Shown: positions 54,252 to 64,000, numbered from the stretch's first letter. The stretch: DNA of 64,000 nucleotides from a bacterium (GCA_044432865.1 JAWXUF010000001.1:2786-66785); one strand, 5' to 3'. The notes: generated from the sequence alone by a model not told the origin. Numbers and translations: made by a program.

Positions 54252-55007
54252 TTACTTAACGTTTATTCTTTTAATTTTTTTAGTAGCTAAATCTACTAAA
54301 ATTCCATTTATCATACAAGGTGAATCCGATGTTTCATATACATCTAAGATATTATGCCACATTCTATTAACTATAGTTTCCTTTTTAACACCTAATACAC
54401 CACCATATGGACCTGTCATACCAATATCACTTATAAACATAGTTCCATTTGATAACACTTGTTCATCAGCAGTTTGAACATGTGTGTGTGTACCATAAAC
54501 TAAATCCACTTTACCATCAAACGCATGAGCAAGAGCATACTTTTCACTAGTTGCTTCCGCATGAAAATCAACTATTGTGAAGTCCGCTTCATTTTCTTCT
54601 AAAAAACTATTTAAAGAAATAAACGGATTACTAATCTCAAAATTACAATTCATTGCAAATTGACCTAATAAATTTATTACATTGATTCTCTTACCATTAT
54701 AATTGATAGTTAAATAACCATATCCATGATTAACATCAATGTTCATCGGACGAACAACATTTGAATCCTCTATATAACTTTCAATTTCTTTTTGTCTAAA
54801 CGTGTGATTACCCATCGTTATTGCTGAAACATTTAATTTCATTAATCTTTTATAATGATTTAATGATAGTCCTTTGCCTTTTGTAACATTTTCACCATTA
54901 ACTATTAACATATTAAATTTATATTCATCTCTTAAATGTTGGATTTTAGATTCAAGAAAACTTAATCCTTCTTCACCAACAATATCTCCTAAAATTAATA
55001 ATTTCAT
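54252..55007 (-). CDS. ymdB: YmdB-family metallophosphoesterase (2',3'-cyclic-nucleotide phosphodiesterase)
   Basis: 251 aa with MKLLILGDIVG, NGEN, GNH, DFHAEATSEK and GTHTHVQTAD motifs. The rny-ymdB-spoVS order matches B. subtilis. Confidence 0.9.
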   Translation of the reverse strand: MKLLILGDIVGEEGLSFLESKIQHLRDEYKFNMLIVNGENVTKGKGLSLNHYKRLMKLNVSAITMGNHTFRQKEIESYIEDSNVVRPMNIDVNHGYGYLTINYNGKRINVINLLGQFAMNCNFEISNPFISLNSFLEENEADFTIVDFHAEATSEKYALAHAFDGKVDLVYGTHTHVQTADEQVLSNGTMFISDIGMTGPYGGVLGVKKETIVNRMWHNILDVYETSDSPCMINGILVDLATKKIKRINVK

Positions 55008-55022
55008 AAATTCACCTCTAAG

Positions 55023-55047
55023 TAAAAAAAGCCCGAAGGCTTTTTTA
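55023..55047 (-). terminator. Terminator or attenuating hairpin between rny and ymdB
   Basis: GC-containing stem aagcc/ggctt (55029..55033 and 55038..55042) with a cgaa loop and T-runs on both strands. Confidence 0.7.
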
Positions 55048-56607
55048 TTATTTTGCTACATCGATTGCTCTAGTTTCTCTAATAACAGTTACTTTAATAG
55101 TACCAGGATAACTTAGATTATCTTCTATTTTTTCTTTAATTTTTCTTGCTACAGCAAAAGTACTCGCATCATCAACCTCATCTGGTTTTACTACAACACG
55201 AACTTCTCTACCAGCTTGAATTGCAAAACTTTCACTTACACCAGGAATACTATTAGAAATAGCTTCTAGTTCTTGTAGACGTTTCACATAATTTTCCAAT
55301 GAATCACTTCTAGCACCAGGTCTTGCAGATGATAATGCATCAGCAGCAGCTACTAATACAGCAATAACACTTTCAGCAGGCTTATCACCGTGATGTGATG
55401 CAATAGCATCAATTACTTCTCTTGGTTCACGATATCTAGCAGCAAGTTCAACACCTATTTCTACGTGTGATCCTTCAACTTCGTGATCTACAGCTTTACC
55501 AATATCATGGAATAACCCAGCACGTCTTGCTAAAGTTTCATCTTCTCCAATTTCAGCAGCCATTTTAGCAGCTAAGAATGCAGTTTCTAATGAGTGTAAT
55601 AAAACATTTTGTCCATAACTCGTTCTATAATGTAATCTACCTAATAATTTAATCATATCAGGATGAACTTTACCAATTTGAGCTTTGAATACTGCTTCAT
55701 CACCTTTTTCACGCATTAACATTTCAACTTCTTGTCTTGATCTTTCAACAATCTCTTCAATACGAGCAGGATGGATTCTACCGTCTGATACTAATGTTTC
55801 AAGTGCTTTTTTAGCAACTTGACGTCTAATAGGATCAAAACCTGATAAAATAACTGCATCTGGAGTATCATCAATAATTAAATCAACACCAGTTAATGAC
55901 TCTAACGTTCTAATATTACGACCTTCTCTACCAATGATACGACCTTTCATTTCATCAGCTGGTAATGAAACAACAGTAACTGTTTTTTCAACACTTGTTT
56001 CACTAGCATATTTTTGAATAGCTAAAGAAAGAATATTTTTAGCTCTACTGTTTACTTCAGCTTTAGCTTTTTCTTCTTCTTCTTTGATGAATAAAGTAAT
56101 TTCAACACTTAAATCGTTTCTAACTTTTTCCATTATTAATTCTTTTGCTTCAGTTTCAGATAATAATCCAATTTCTTGTAACTTAGCATTTTGTTGCACT
56201 AATAACTCATCTACTTTGATATTCAGTTGTTCTAACTCGGCTTTTTTATCATCAAGTTTACCCTCTTTAAGATCTAAAGAATCTTCACGTCTATCCATAT
56301 TAACACTTCTACGGTCTAGTGATTCTTCTCTTTGAGTAAGCTTATTTTCTAATTCTATAACAATGTTTTTACGTTCTTTAATATCAGCTTCAGCATTATT
56401 TCGTAATTCAGCAGCAATCTCTTTAGCTTGCTCAATTAACTCTTTTTTATATGCATCAGCAGATTTTCTTCCATCTTCAATTATACTTTTACTTGTAGAT
56501 TCAGCATTTTTTAAAGATTTTTCACGTTGTACAACGCGAATGAAGTAACCTGTTATTATACCAATAACTAATGTCAAAATAGAGATTATGATTGTAATTA
56601 ATTCCAT
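55048..56607 (-). CDS. rny: Ribonuclease Y
   Basis: N-terminal TM helix, coiled coil, KH domain ([12 protein letters not shown]) and HD domain (HSLE ... GLFHDIGK). A GGAGG RBS favours the ATG at 56607 over 56619. Confidence 0.95.
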   Translation of the reverse strand: MELITIIISILTLVIGIITGYFIRVVQREKSLKNAESTSKSIIEDGRKSADAYKKELIEQAKEIAAELRNNAEADIKERKNIVIELENKLTQREESLDRRSVNMDRREDSLDLKEGKLDDKKAELEQLNIKVDELLVQQNAKLQEIGLLSETEAKELIMEKVRNDLSVEITLFIKEEEEKAKAEVNSRAKNILSLAIQKYASETSVEKTVTVVSLPADEMKGRIIGREGRNIRTLESLTGVDLIIDDTPDAVILSGFDPIRRQVAKKALETLVSDGRIHPARIEEIVERSRQEVEMLMREKGDEAVFKAQIGKVHPDMIKLLGRLHYRTSYGQNVLLHSLETAFLAAKMAAEIGEDETLARRAGLFHDIGKAVDHEVEGSHVEIGVELAARYREPREVIDAIASHHGDKPAESVIAVLVAAADALSSARPGARSDSLENYVKRLQELEAISNSIPGVSESFAIQAGREVRVVVKPDEVDDASTFAVARKIKEKIEDNLSYPGTIKVTVIRETRAIDVAK

Positions 56608-56732
56608 AATTTCCTCCATTTGTAATCAATCCATATGACAAATCTATTTATTTCTTTGCGAAATATTTGTCAATTATAATTATACAAAATTTTATTAAAG
56701 TAGTCAATTTATTTTGATAATAAAATAATTAT

Positions 56733-56954
56733 TTATTGTTTTAAATAATATTTCTCTATTAAATCGCCATTTTTATCGTAAATATATATAGGTATATTAT
56801 TTTCAGATGCAATTTTTTTACCCATTTTCATACATTTGACTTTTGATTTAAAACATAAATAATCCCTTTGTAAAGCCGTTTCCATAATTAAAATCCACTC
56901 TTCTTTATTTTCATAATATACAATTGAATAAAATTCTTGTTTCAAACTAATCAC
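56733..56954 (-). CDS. Hypothetical small protein (about 70 aa)
   Basis: An ORF with non-ATG start options (GTG at 56954 or TTG at 56945) next to an AAAGGTGA RBS-like sequence. I recognise no motif. It sits between the rny upstream region and the htpG terminator. Confidence 0.35.
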   Translation of the reverse strand: MISLKQEFYSIVYYENKEEWILIMETALQRDYLCFKSKVKCMKMGKKIASENNIPIYIYDKNGDLIEKYYLKQ

Positions 56955-56974
56955 CTTTTTTATTATTTACACAA

Positions 56975-57005
56975 AATAAAAAAATACTACAAAATGTAGT
57001 ATTTT
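56975..57005 (-). terminator. Terminator after htpG
   Basis: 9-bp stem aatactaca/tgtagtatt (56983..56991 and 56995..57003), followed on the minus strand by TTTTTTTATTTT. Confidence 0.75.
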
Positions 57006-57012
57006 TAAATTA

Positions 57013-58920
57013 TTATTTTTTATTCGTTAACAATTCACTAATAAGATTAGTAAATTCAACAGGATTTTCAATTTCTAATCCTTCAATCAAACAAGCTTGA
57101 TTATATAATACTTTAGCATATTTTTGTCCAAGTTCTTTATCCTGCTCGAATACTTCTTCAATTGTAGTAAATAAAGAATGTTTTGGATTGATCTCAAGAA
57201 TCTTAGTAGCAGTAGGAATATTCCCTCCCGGCATTTGTTTTAAAACTTTTTCCATTTCAAAACTTACACCTTCTCCACTTACTAAACAAACAGGAGAATC
57301 AGTTAATCTTTTTGATAATACAACATCTGAAACATTAGAAACTAAAGCTTCTTTAATTAAATTAATTGTATCTTGTTTTTCTTCTTTCAATGAATCGAAT
57401 TCTTTTTTCTCTTCATCATTTAGCAAATCTAAATCACCTTGATTAATTGATTTAAATTTCTTACCTTCATACTCACTTAAGACATTCATTAAAAATTCAT
57501 CAATATCATCTGTTAATACTAAAACATTATAGTTTTGTTTTTTGATTAAATCCATTTGTGGTAATCCAAGAATTGAAGTTTTAGATTTTCCAGAAGCATA
57601 GTATATAACTTCTTGATTCTCATCCATTTTTTCAACATATTCTTTTAACGTTGTATATTCATCATCATTTGTTGTTTTGAATAATAATAAATCTTTTAAC
57701 GAATCTTTTCTTAAACCAAATTCTTCATATGTACCATATTTTAAATTAACACCAAAATTATCATAAAATTGTTCATATTTTTCTTTATCATTTTTTAACA
57801 TTTTTGATAATTCAGATAGTATTTTCTTTTCAAGATTTGAAGATATTTTTTGTAATTGTCTATCATGTTGTAACATTTCTCTACTAATATTTAATGATAA
57901 ATCACTAGAATCTACTAACCCTCTAACAAATCTTAAATAATCAGGAATTAACTCTTTACATTTATCAAGGATGAAAACTCCTTTTGTATATAACTGTAAT
58001 CCTTTTTCATATTTATCACTATATAAATCTCTTGGTGGAGTTTGTGGAATAAAACATAATGCATTATATGTTAAATTACCTTCAACATTTACATGTATTG
58101 CAGTTACAGGATCTTTGTAGTCATTGTATTTATTTTTATAAAATTCATATAACTCTTCATCCGTAATATCTTTTTTAGCTTTTTTCCAAATAGGAATCAT
58201 ACTATTTAATACTTGATCCTCAATTGATGTTGTAGTTTCATCAGTAGCTTTACCTTCAGCATCATATACAACATCTTCTGTTACAACATTCATCATAATA
58301 GGATATCTAACATAATCAGAATATTTTTTCACTAAATCTTTTATTTTATATTGATCTAAATAATCTGTATATAAAACATCTTCTTCATCTTCTCTTAAAT
58401 ATAATACGATTGTTGTTCCAGTTTCAGTTAAAGTATTTTCTTCAATTGAATAACTATCGTCACCCTCTGAAATAAAAGTATAACCTTTTTCACTAAAAGC
58501 AGATTTAGTTCTAACTTCTACTTTACTAGCAACCATAAAAGCTGAATAAAAACCTACACCAAATTGTCCAATAATATCAATCTCATCAGACTTTTTCTTT
58601 TCTTCAGCAAGTTTTTCTAAAAATTCTTTTGATCCACTTTTTGCAATTGTACCAAGATTTGTAATAACTTCATCATAAGTCATACCAATACCAGTGTCAC
58701 TTATTGTAATTGTTCTTGTATCTTCAGATAATTCTAATCTAATATTATTTTCAACTTGTGTAACTTTATCATCAGTTAATGACATAAAATGTCTTTTATC
58801 TATCGCATCACTTGCATTAGATATTAATTCTCTTAAGAATATCTCTTTATGTGTATAAATAGAATTTATCATTAAATCTAATAATCTTTTTGTCTCCGTT
58901 TGAAATTGTTTAACTTCCAT
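57013..58920 (-). CDS. htpG: Molecular chaperone HtpG (Hsp90)
   Basis: 635 aa with FQTETK.LLDLMINS.Y..KEIFLRELISNASDA, SDTGIGMT and GQFGVGFYSAFMVA motifs. Confidence 0.95.
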   Translation of the reverse strand: MEVKQFQTETKRLLDLMINSIYTHKEIFLRELISNASDAIDKRHFMSLTDDKVTQVENNIRLELSEDTRTITISDTGIGMTYDEVITNLGTIAKSGSKEFLEKLAEEKKKSDEIDIIGQFGVGFYSAFMVASKVEVRTKSAFSEKGYTFISEGDDSYSIEENTLTETGTTIVLYLREDEEDVLYTDYLDQYKIKDLVKKYSDYVRYPIMMNVVTEDVVYDAEGKATDETTTSIEDQVLNSMIPIWKKAKKDITDEELYEFYKNKYNDYKDPVTAIHVNVEGNLTYNALCFIPQTPPRDLYSDKYEKGLQLYTKGVFILDKCKELIPDYLRFVRGLVDSSDLSLNISREMLQHDRQLQKISSNLEKKILSELSKMLKNDKEKYEQFYDNFGVNLKYGTYEEFGLRKDSLKDLLLFKTTNDDEYTTLKEYVEKMDENQEVIYYASGKSKTSILGLPQMDLIKKQNYNVLVLTDDIDEFLMNVLSEYEGKKFKSINQGDLDLLNDEEKKEFDSLKEEKQDTINLIKEALVSNVSDVVLSKRLTDSPVCLVSGEGVSFEMEKVLKQMPGGNIPTATKILEINPKHSLFTTIEEVFEQDKELGQKYAKVLYNQACLIEGLEIENPVEFTNLISELLTNKK

Positions 58921-58948
58921 AATTAAGTCCTCCTAAATTTATAAATCA

Positions 58949-58977
58949 ATTATAAAACAAACATTTGGCACTGTCAA
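58949..58977 (-). promoter_or_regulatory. Consensus sigma-A-type promoter of htpG
   Basis: On the minus strand: TTGACA (58972..58977), a 17-nt spacer, TATAAT (58949..58954), then an AGGAGG RBS. Confidence 0.7.
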
Positions 58978-58997
58978 CATATGACTGCTAATTTATT

Positions 58998-60422
58998 TTA
59001 TTTTTCTTTTAACATTTTAAATTTTAAATCCCAAAGACTTTGAGATAAATCAACATAATACTTATTTGGATTTCTAAATCTTTTAGTCTCTTCCCATATT
59101 GTATTACAATCTAATTTACAATGTTCTCTAATACTATCTAAAGAAGGTATATCGTAAACTAATTCACCTTTTAAGAATATCGGCTTCAGCATTTCTTTAG
59201 TATAAAAATTTTGTATTTCTTTTGTCTTCCATGTTTGAACAGGATCAAATAATACAAGTTTATCATTATCAATAGTTTCATCATGTAAAGTAATCAAATC
59301 CGCTAATGCTTTATTCGATTCTTTATCATAAATTCTATATAATTTTTTAAATCCTGGATTAGTTATTTTTTCTTCATTTTCACTAATTTTAATTTTAGGT
59401 ACTATTTTTCCATCTACTTCAATAGCACTAAGTTTATATACACATCCGAAAACAGGTTCTGATTTAGCAGTAATTAATCTTTCACCAACTCCAAATGCAT
59501 CAATTGGAGCACCTTGTAATAATAAATCAGTAATGATGTATTCATCTAGTGAATTTGAAATAATAATTTTACAATCATTTAACCCTGCTGCATCTAACAT
59601 TTTTCTTGATTCCGTTGTTAAATATGACATGTCCCCTGAATCAATTCTAATTCCACATTTTTTAATACCCATAGGCCATAAAACTTCTTTAACAACTTTA
59701 ATAGCATTTGGAATCCCACTCTTAAGTACATTATAAGTATCTACTAAAAAATTTGCATTATTAGGATAGATTTCTGCATATTTTTTGAAAGCCTCATATT
59801 CAGTATCAAACATTTGAACCCATGAATGAGCCATTGTACCACTTGCATTAACACCATATAACAAATCAGTCATAGTATTTGAAGTAGAATTTACTCCAGC
59901 TATATAAGCAGCTTTCGCTCCATTTATAGCAGATGATTCCCCATGTGCTCTTCTTGCTCCAAACTCTAACACACTTTTACCTTTAGCAGCACTTACTATC
60001 CTATTAGTTTTTGTAGCAATTAAAGATTGATGATTTATTGTTAATAAAATATAAGTTTCAATTAATTGCGCTTCAATAGTTGTAGCTCTAATCGTCATAA
60101 TAGGTATTCTTGGGAAAATAACACTTCCCTCTTCAATAGAATAAATATCACCACTAAACTTAAAATTAGCTAAATATTCTAAGAATTCTTTTTTAAAAAT
60201 ATTTTTATTTTCTAAAAATGAGATATCCTCTTTTGTAAATTTTAAGTTTTTTAAATAATCTATGATTGTTCCTAGTCCACAAAAAATTGCATATCCTCCA
60301 TCATCCGGTACTTTTCTAAAAAATACATCGAAATAACAAATTTTATCTTTATATTCGGATTGGAAATAACCATTAGCCATTGTAAGTTCATAAAAATCCA
60401 TCAACATCGTATAATTAATCAT
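58998..60422 (-). CDS. pncB: Nicotinate phosphoribosyltransferase
   Basis: 474 aa with TDFYELTM-like N-terminus (MDFYELTMANGYF), FGARRA, GTMAHSW and IRIDSGD motifs. Confidence 0.9.
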   Translation of the reverse strand: MINYTMLMDFYELTMANGYFQSEYKDKICYFDVFFRKVPDDGGYAIFCGLGTIIDYLKNLKFTKEDISFLENKNIFKKEFLEYLANFKFSGDIYSIEEGSVIFPRIPIMTIRATTIEAQLIETYILLTINHQSLIATKTNRIVSAAKGKSVLEFGARRAHGESSAINGAKAAYIAGVNSTSNTMTDLLYGVNASGTMAHSWVQMFDTEYEAFKKYAEIYPNNANFLVDTYNVLKSGIPNAIKVVKEVLWPMGIKKCGIRIDSGDMSYLTTESRKMLDAAGLNDCKIIISNSLDEYIITDLLLQGAPIDAFGVGERLITAKSEPVFGCVYKLSAIEVDGKIVPKIKISENEEKITNPGFKKLYRIYDKESNKALADLITLHDETIDNDKLVLFDPVQTWKTKEIQNFYTKEMLKPIFLKGELVYDIPSLDSIREHCKLDCNTIWEETKRFRNPNKYYVDLSQSLWDLKFKMLKEK

Positions 60423-60945
60423 TGTTTCTCACCTCAATTAATAATCCTTTTAAAATATCAAAGCATTTATCGTTCATATCATTATCAAAACTTTTTGTTA
60501 AATTATAATCGACAGTAATCACAGCATTTGGTAGAGCACTTCTAGCCATAACAACATTTGATAATACACATATGTTAGAAACTAACCCACACACTTCAAT
60601 TTCATCAAAATTTTGCTCTTTTAAATAATTCGCTAATTCTAACGATGGAAATGTATTTTTATAAAATATTTTATCAGTTGATAGAATTTCATTTTTTACA
60701 TTACCATAAATTTCATGCCCAGTAGTGCCTTTAATGCAATGTTCTACTGGTAATTTATTTCCTTCATAACTATTTAAATAATCTTTATCATGTGTGTCTT
60801 GTGTAAAAATGACACTTTCGTTATTTCCCCTTGCATCTTTAATTCTATTAACAATTAATGAATCTAAACTTTTCGCAGATACAAAACCTAATGTACCATC
60901 TACAAAGTCATTTTGAAAATCAATTATAATTAAACATCTTTTCAC
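60415..60945 (-). CDS. pncA: Nicotinamidase / isochorismatase-family cysteine hydrolase
   Basis: LIIIDFQNDF, ... K ... and the VCGLVSNICV catalytic triad context. The best start is probably the GTG at 60945 (AGGA RBS) or the ATG at 60987. The track extension to 61068 would overlap the divergent methyltransferase start and has no RBS. It overlaps pncB by 8 nt. Confidence 0.75.
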   Translation of the reverse strand: MKRCLIIIDFQNDFVDGTLGFVSAKSLDSLIVNRIKDARGNNESVIFTQDTHDKDYLNSYEGNKLPVEHCIKGTTGHEIYGNVKNEILSTDKIFYKNTFPSLELANYLKEQNFDEIEVCGLVSNICVLSNVVMARSALPNAVITVDYNLTKSFDNDMNDKCFDILKGLLIEVRNND

Positions 60946-61053
60946 TTTTACATTCCTACTTTCTTTATAAATATTATACCTACACATAAAATTTAAAGCA
61001 ATGTTATTTTCGATAGATCTATGATATAATTCATTTAATATGAGGTGAAGAAT

Positions 61054-61731
61054 ATGAATAAATATCAATATTTTAGTATGCTATACGATGAATTAACTGA
61101 AGAAATGGATTATAATCCTTGGATTGAAATTGTTAAACAATACAAGGGTAATCTATTAGACATTGGTTGCGGAAGCGGCTCTCTGTTAATAACTCTTAAA
61201 AAACTAGGTTACAATTGTTCTGGATTAGACTTAAGTGATTCAATGTTGGAACTTGCGAAAAAGAAAATCACAATGAACCATCTATCAATACCTTTATTTC
61301 TTGATAATATGATAACATTTAAATTAGAAAATAAATTTGACATAATCACATGCTTTTTTGACACATTAAATCATCTAGATAATGAAGAAAATGTATCTAA
61401 TACATTAACTAATATGGCAAATCATTTAAGTGATGACGGTGTGTTAATCGTTGATTTATTCACTAAGGATAAAATGAGAGATATTGATAATGAGGAATTT
61501 GTTTTTGATGAATTCACTTATTATGCTGAGTGGGCAATGAAAAGTACTGAAAATAACATCATACATGATTTAACTTTTAAAATAGGTGATGATCTAATAA
61601 AAGAGCAATATATTGAAACATATTTTGACATAAAAAAAATTCTTCCAACTAACTTATCAATAACAAAAGAGATTCCAATTGTTGTTGATGGAGTTACTGA
61701 AAGAATTGTTTATATTATTAAAAAATTATAA
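61054..61731 (+). CDS. Class I SAM-dependent methyltransferase
   Basis: LLDIGCGSGSL (motif I) and a later DIITCFFD motif. A GAGGTG RBS favours the ATG at 61054. Confidence 0.85.
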   Translation: MNKYQYFSMLYDELTEEMDYNPWIEIVKQYKGNLLDIGCGSGSLLITLKKLGYNCSGLDLSDSMLELAKKKITMNHLSIPLFLDNMITFKLENKFDIITCFFDTLNHLDNEENVSNTLTNMANHLSDDGVLIVDLFTKDKMRDIDNEEFVFDEFTYYAEWAMKSTENNIIHDLTFKIGDDLIKEQYIETYFDIKKILPTNLSITKEIPIVVDGVTERIVYIIKKL

Positions 61732-63318
61732 GACTTTAATCTGATACTTGTTCGGTTTATATATCGAAACAACATATTGTCCATTAACAGGTATTATAAC
61801 TGAATATCTAGATAAAGTATCAATATCGAAAAATCCTTTATCTACAATATTTTTTACATTTTGTTTTCTATCTTTAATATCTAACTTTGGCCATATCGGT
61901 TCAGGTTTCAGTTTAAAATAACTTAAATAATCAATATATATATCAATAATAACATCGTTAAAATATTCCTTATTTTTTATGAACTCTATTAAATTAACAA
62001 ATCTATCTTTTAACGGATTATTATTTTTATTTAGTAAGTATTCGCTAAATTCATAGAAGAATTCATAATAATCTTTCTCTTGTTTTAGTATCTTATGAAT
62101 ACTAGTTTTAAAATAACCCTTATTATAATATATTTCAAATACATCTTCTACTTGATGTATTTTTTTTATATCTTCCTCTGATAAAAAATCATTTTTTATA
62201 ATAGTATATGGAGGGGCTTCATCAAATAAATATCCATATTTGCTTACTTCTGATTCAAGCTTTGTTCCATGTAATATTTTTAAAAATCCTAGTTGAAGTT
62301 CTAATGGGAATAAATCAACAACTTCATTAAAAGTATTTTTAAATGAATCATAATCTTCATATGGTAATCCAGCAATTAAATCCAGATGTAAATCAATAAT
62401 ATTCGCATTTTGAATAAGAATTATATTATTAAATAATTTTACATTATCTTGAATTCTATATACTGCTCTGTTAGCCTTGATATTAGTTGATTGAATCCCT
62501 ATTTCAAATCTTATTAAACCTTTTGGACATCTATTGTTAATATATTCAATTATCTCAGGAGCTAATAAGTCACCTGTTATTTCAAATTGAAAAGAATTTC
62601 CTTCTTTATGATTATCAACAATAAAATCAATCAATTCAATAAAATTTTTCTTATTTGCATTAAATGTACGATCAAGAAATTTAAATACTTTTGTACCTCT
62701 ATTTATTAGAATTAAAACTTGTTCTTTGATCACATCAATATCGAAAAAACGAACTTTATTATCTAAACTTGCCATACAATAACTACATTTATATGGACAT
62801 CCCCTACTTGTCTCAATATATACTAATCTATTTTCAACATCATCGCATAAATCATACGCTAACTTAACTTTGCTTAAATCAACTAGCTTATTGAAAGTAA
62901 ACTTATCTTCATAATATAAATTAGGTACTTCTTCTATTTCTAATTTATTATCTAAGTGTTTAAGAAGCAAATCAAACGCTTCTTCTCCTTCATCTTTAAT
63001 TACAAAATCACAGTATTTATTTACGTAATCAAACGGATTATAACTTACTTCAGGTCCCCCTAAAAATATCTTTGTATTCTCATTAATGTTTTTTATTTTT
63101 TTACATACTTCTTTTATAAAAGTAATATTCCAAATATAACATGAGAAACCAACTATATCGTAGTTATTTTCAGTAATATAATTTACAACATTGTCTATTT
63201 CATCTTTAATAGTAAACTCAATAATATCTGTATTATAAGTTGTATTCTTTTTTAATAATCTAATTGCTAAATTTGTATGAATATATTTAGCGTTTATCGC
63301 AGTTAATAATACCTTCAT
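61726..63318 (-). CDS. B12-binding-domain radical SAM protein
   Basis: 530 aa with an N-terminal Rossmann-like B12-binding-type region, a radical-SAM CPYKCSYC cluster motif and a long C-terminal extension. Confidence 0.85.
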   Translation of the reverse strand: MKVLLTAINAKYIHTNLAIRLLKKNTTYNTDIIEFTIKDEIDNVVNYITENNYDIVGFSCYIWNITFIKEVCKKIKNINENTKIFLGGPEVSYNPFDYVNKYCDFVIKDEGEEAFDLLLKHLDNKLEIEEVPNLYYEDKFTFNKLVDLSKVKLAYDLCDDVENRLVYIETSRGCPYKCSYCMASLDNKVRFFDIDVIKEQVLILINRGTKVFKFLDRTFNANKKNFIELIDFIVDNHKEGNSFQFEITGDLLAPEIIEYINNRCPKGLIRFEIGIQSTNIKANRAVYRIQDNVKLFNNIILIQNANIIDLHLDLIAGLPYEDYDSFKNTFNEVVDLFPLELQLGFLKILHGTKLESEVSKYGYLFDEAPPYTIIKNDFLSEEDIKKIHQVEDVFEIYYNKGYFKTSIHKILKQEKDYYEFFYEFSEYLLNKNNNPLKDRFVNLIEFIKNKEYFNDVIIDIYIDYLSYFKLKPEPIWPKLDIKDRKQNVKNIVDKGFFDIDTLSRYSVIIPVNGQYVVSIYKPNKYQIKVL

Positions 63319-63956
63319 TATTCTTCACCAACTTCTACTTTAGGTAGACTTAATTTGAAATGTTGTGAGATAACTCTTAATAAAGCTACAATAATTACAC
63401 AACATAAACTACCTACAATTTCTAATTCTAAATGAATACACAATAAATATACTGCAATTCCTATCAAAGCAGCAACTGCATATACATGTTTTCTAAAAAT
63501 ATTTGGAATTCTATTTACTAGTAAATCTCTTATTACTCCACCACCTACACCAGTAATGAATGCACTAAACACAATTAACGGCAAATTATCAGTAACATTT
63601 ATTGCTGCTTTTGCACCAATTACCACAAATACACCTAACCCAATACCGTCGATTATATTTAATATAAAATTAAAATATTTATTATCAAATAGATCAATTC
63701 TTTTACTGTAGTAAAATATTAAGAATACAATTTGAGATGTTAAAACACTAATCAGTAAATATATAGGCTGACTAAATAATACAATATTCTCCGAATTAAT
63801 TACTATATCTCTAATTAATCCACCACCTAAAGAAGCTATAACACCTAATATAATTACTCCTAAAATATCCATTTTATTTTTTATTGCTAAAACAGAACCA
63901 CCAATAGCAAAAGCTATAGTTCCAATAATTTCCAAAATATATAAAAACATTATCAT
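63318..63956 (-). CDS. Trimeric intracellular cation channel (TRIC / UPF0126) family membrane protein
   Basis: 212 aa with an internally duplicated glycine-rich pattern (GGGLIRD ... and GGGVIRD ...) typical of UPF0126. Confidence 0.8.
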   Translation of the reverse strand: MIMFLYILEIIGTIAFAIGGSVLAIKNKMDILGVIILGVIASLGGGLIRDIVINSENIVLFSQPIYLLISVLTSQIVFLIFYYSKRIDLFDNKYFNFILNIIDGIGLGVFVVIGAKAAINVTDNLPLIVFSAFITGVGGGVIRDLLVNRIPNIFRKHVYAVAALIGIAVYLLCIHLELEIVGSLCCVIIVALLRVISQHFKLSLPKVEVGEE

Positions 63957-64000
63957 AATTTATCACCAATATTATTATATAACAAATATCAAAAAAAGAT

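Noticed and set aside
58955-58985. An imperfect inverted repeat (gcagtca ... tgacagtgc on the minus strand) overlapping the htpG -35 element, considered as a heat-shock operator such as CIRCE or a CtsR box.
   Set aside because: It matches neither the CIRCE consensus (TTAGCACTC-N9-GAGTGCTAA) nor the CtsR repeat. The arms are short and imperfect.
1422-59736. The many 60-150-aa antisense or out-of-frame track ORFs nested in larger genes. Examples: 1422..1688, 2135..2446, 3050..3331, 4101..4295, 4615..4836, 6542..6751, 10630..10884, 14326..14520, 15000..15425, 16911..17160, 18954..19169, 25022..25237, 30889..31248, 33878..34275, 34785..35033, 35309..35545, 36358..36585, 36966..37265, 37669..37878, 39396..39725, 40017..40232, 41799..42053, 44624..44929, 45724..45912, 50234..50422, 50720..51373, 52433..52660, 53635..54079, 54874..55116, 56084..56548, 57188..57442, 59533..59736.
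   Set aside because: Each is fully embedded in a longer ORF on the other strand or in another frame whose product has clear family motifs. Their translations are low-complexity (Ile/Leu/Phe/Ser/Asn-rich), typical of the reverse strand of AT-rich genes, and they lack RBS sequences.
1-64000. A search by eye for tRNA, rRNA, riboswitch or T-box leaders, IS elements, integrases, prophage or defence-island signatures.
   Set aside because: No intergenic gap exceeds about 250 bp, and none shows cloverleaf-like or long conserved-leader structure. No ORF has transposase, recombinase, phage-structural or classic defence-system motifs (restriction, Cas, Abi-ATPase). Absence is judged by eye only; tRNAscan-SE, Infernal and DefenseFinder would be the proper checks.

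Overview
The window is very AT-rich by eye (not computed). It looks like chromosomal backbone from a spore-forming low-GC Firmicute (Bacillota), possibly in the Erysipelotrichia/Bacilli neighbourhood; that placement is a low-confidence guess. I call 63 protein-coding genes, 56 of them on the minus strand, so the minus strand is presumably the leading strand. I see no rRNA, tRNA, CRISPR array, transposase or integrase; the largest intergenic gaps are about 250 bp. Most of the window consists of blocks whose gene order matches Bacillus subtilis neighbourhoods as I remember them. Reading the minus strand, these are: rny-ymdB-spoVS ... miaB-ymcA-cotE-[X]-mutS-mutL-miaA; dacB-spmA-spmB-rluB-cmk-rpsA-der-gpsA ... 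spoIVA ... hup; gerM-like-rdgB-ysnB; and spoIIIAH / nusB-xseA-xseB-dxs-tlyA ... spoIVB-spo0A. Also present are glgA-glgC, degV-nfo-cshB, ispH, dinB, htpG and pncB-pncA. The parts that do not fit the conserved pattern are the hunting ground. (1) A 1,452-aa acidic, repeat-rich, C-terminally membrane-anchored protein has its own promoter and terminator and sits between cotE and mutS. It has two HeH/SAP-like motifs at the N-terminus and near-perfect 36-bp in-frame tandem repeats. (2) A 1,007-aa protein with TPR-like repeats and apparently catalytically dead GGDEF-like and EAL-like domains is translationally coupled into an rdgB-ysnB-...-spoIIIAH gene string. (3) spoIIIAH is detached from the rest of the spoIIIA operon. 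(4) A RecQ-type helicase carries a C-terminal phosphoribosyltransferase-like domain. (5) Four small genes lie between gpsA and spoIVA, three of them encoding Cys-rich, putatively zinc-binding proteins. (6) There are several domain fusions (AroK-AroQ, diiron ferritin-like + BFD [2Fe-2S]) and an ankyrin-repeat protein. All functional calls rest on motifs read by eye from the translations plus remembered synteny; no database search was possible.
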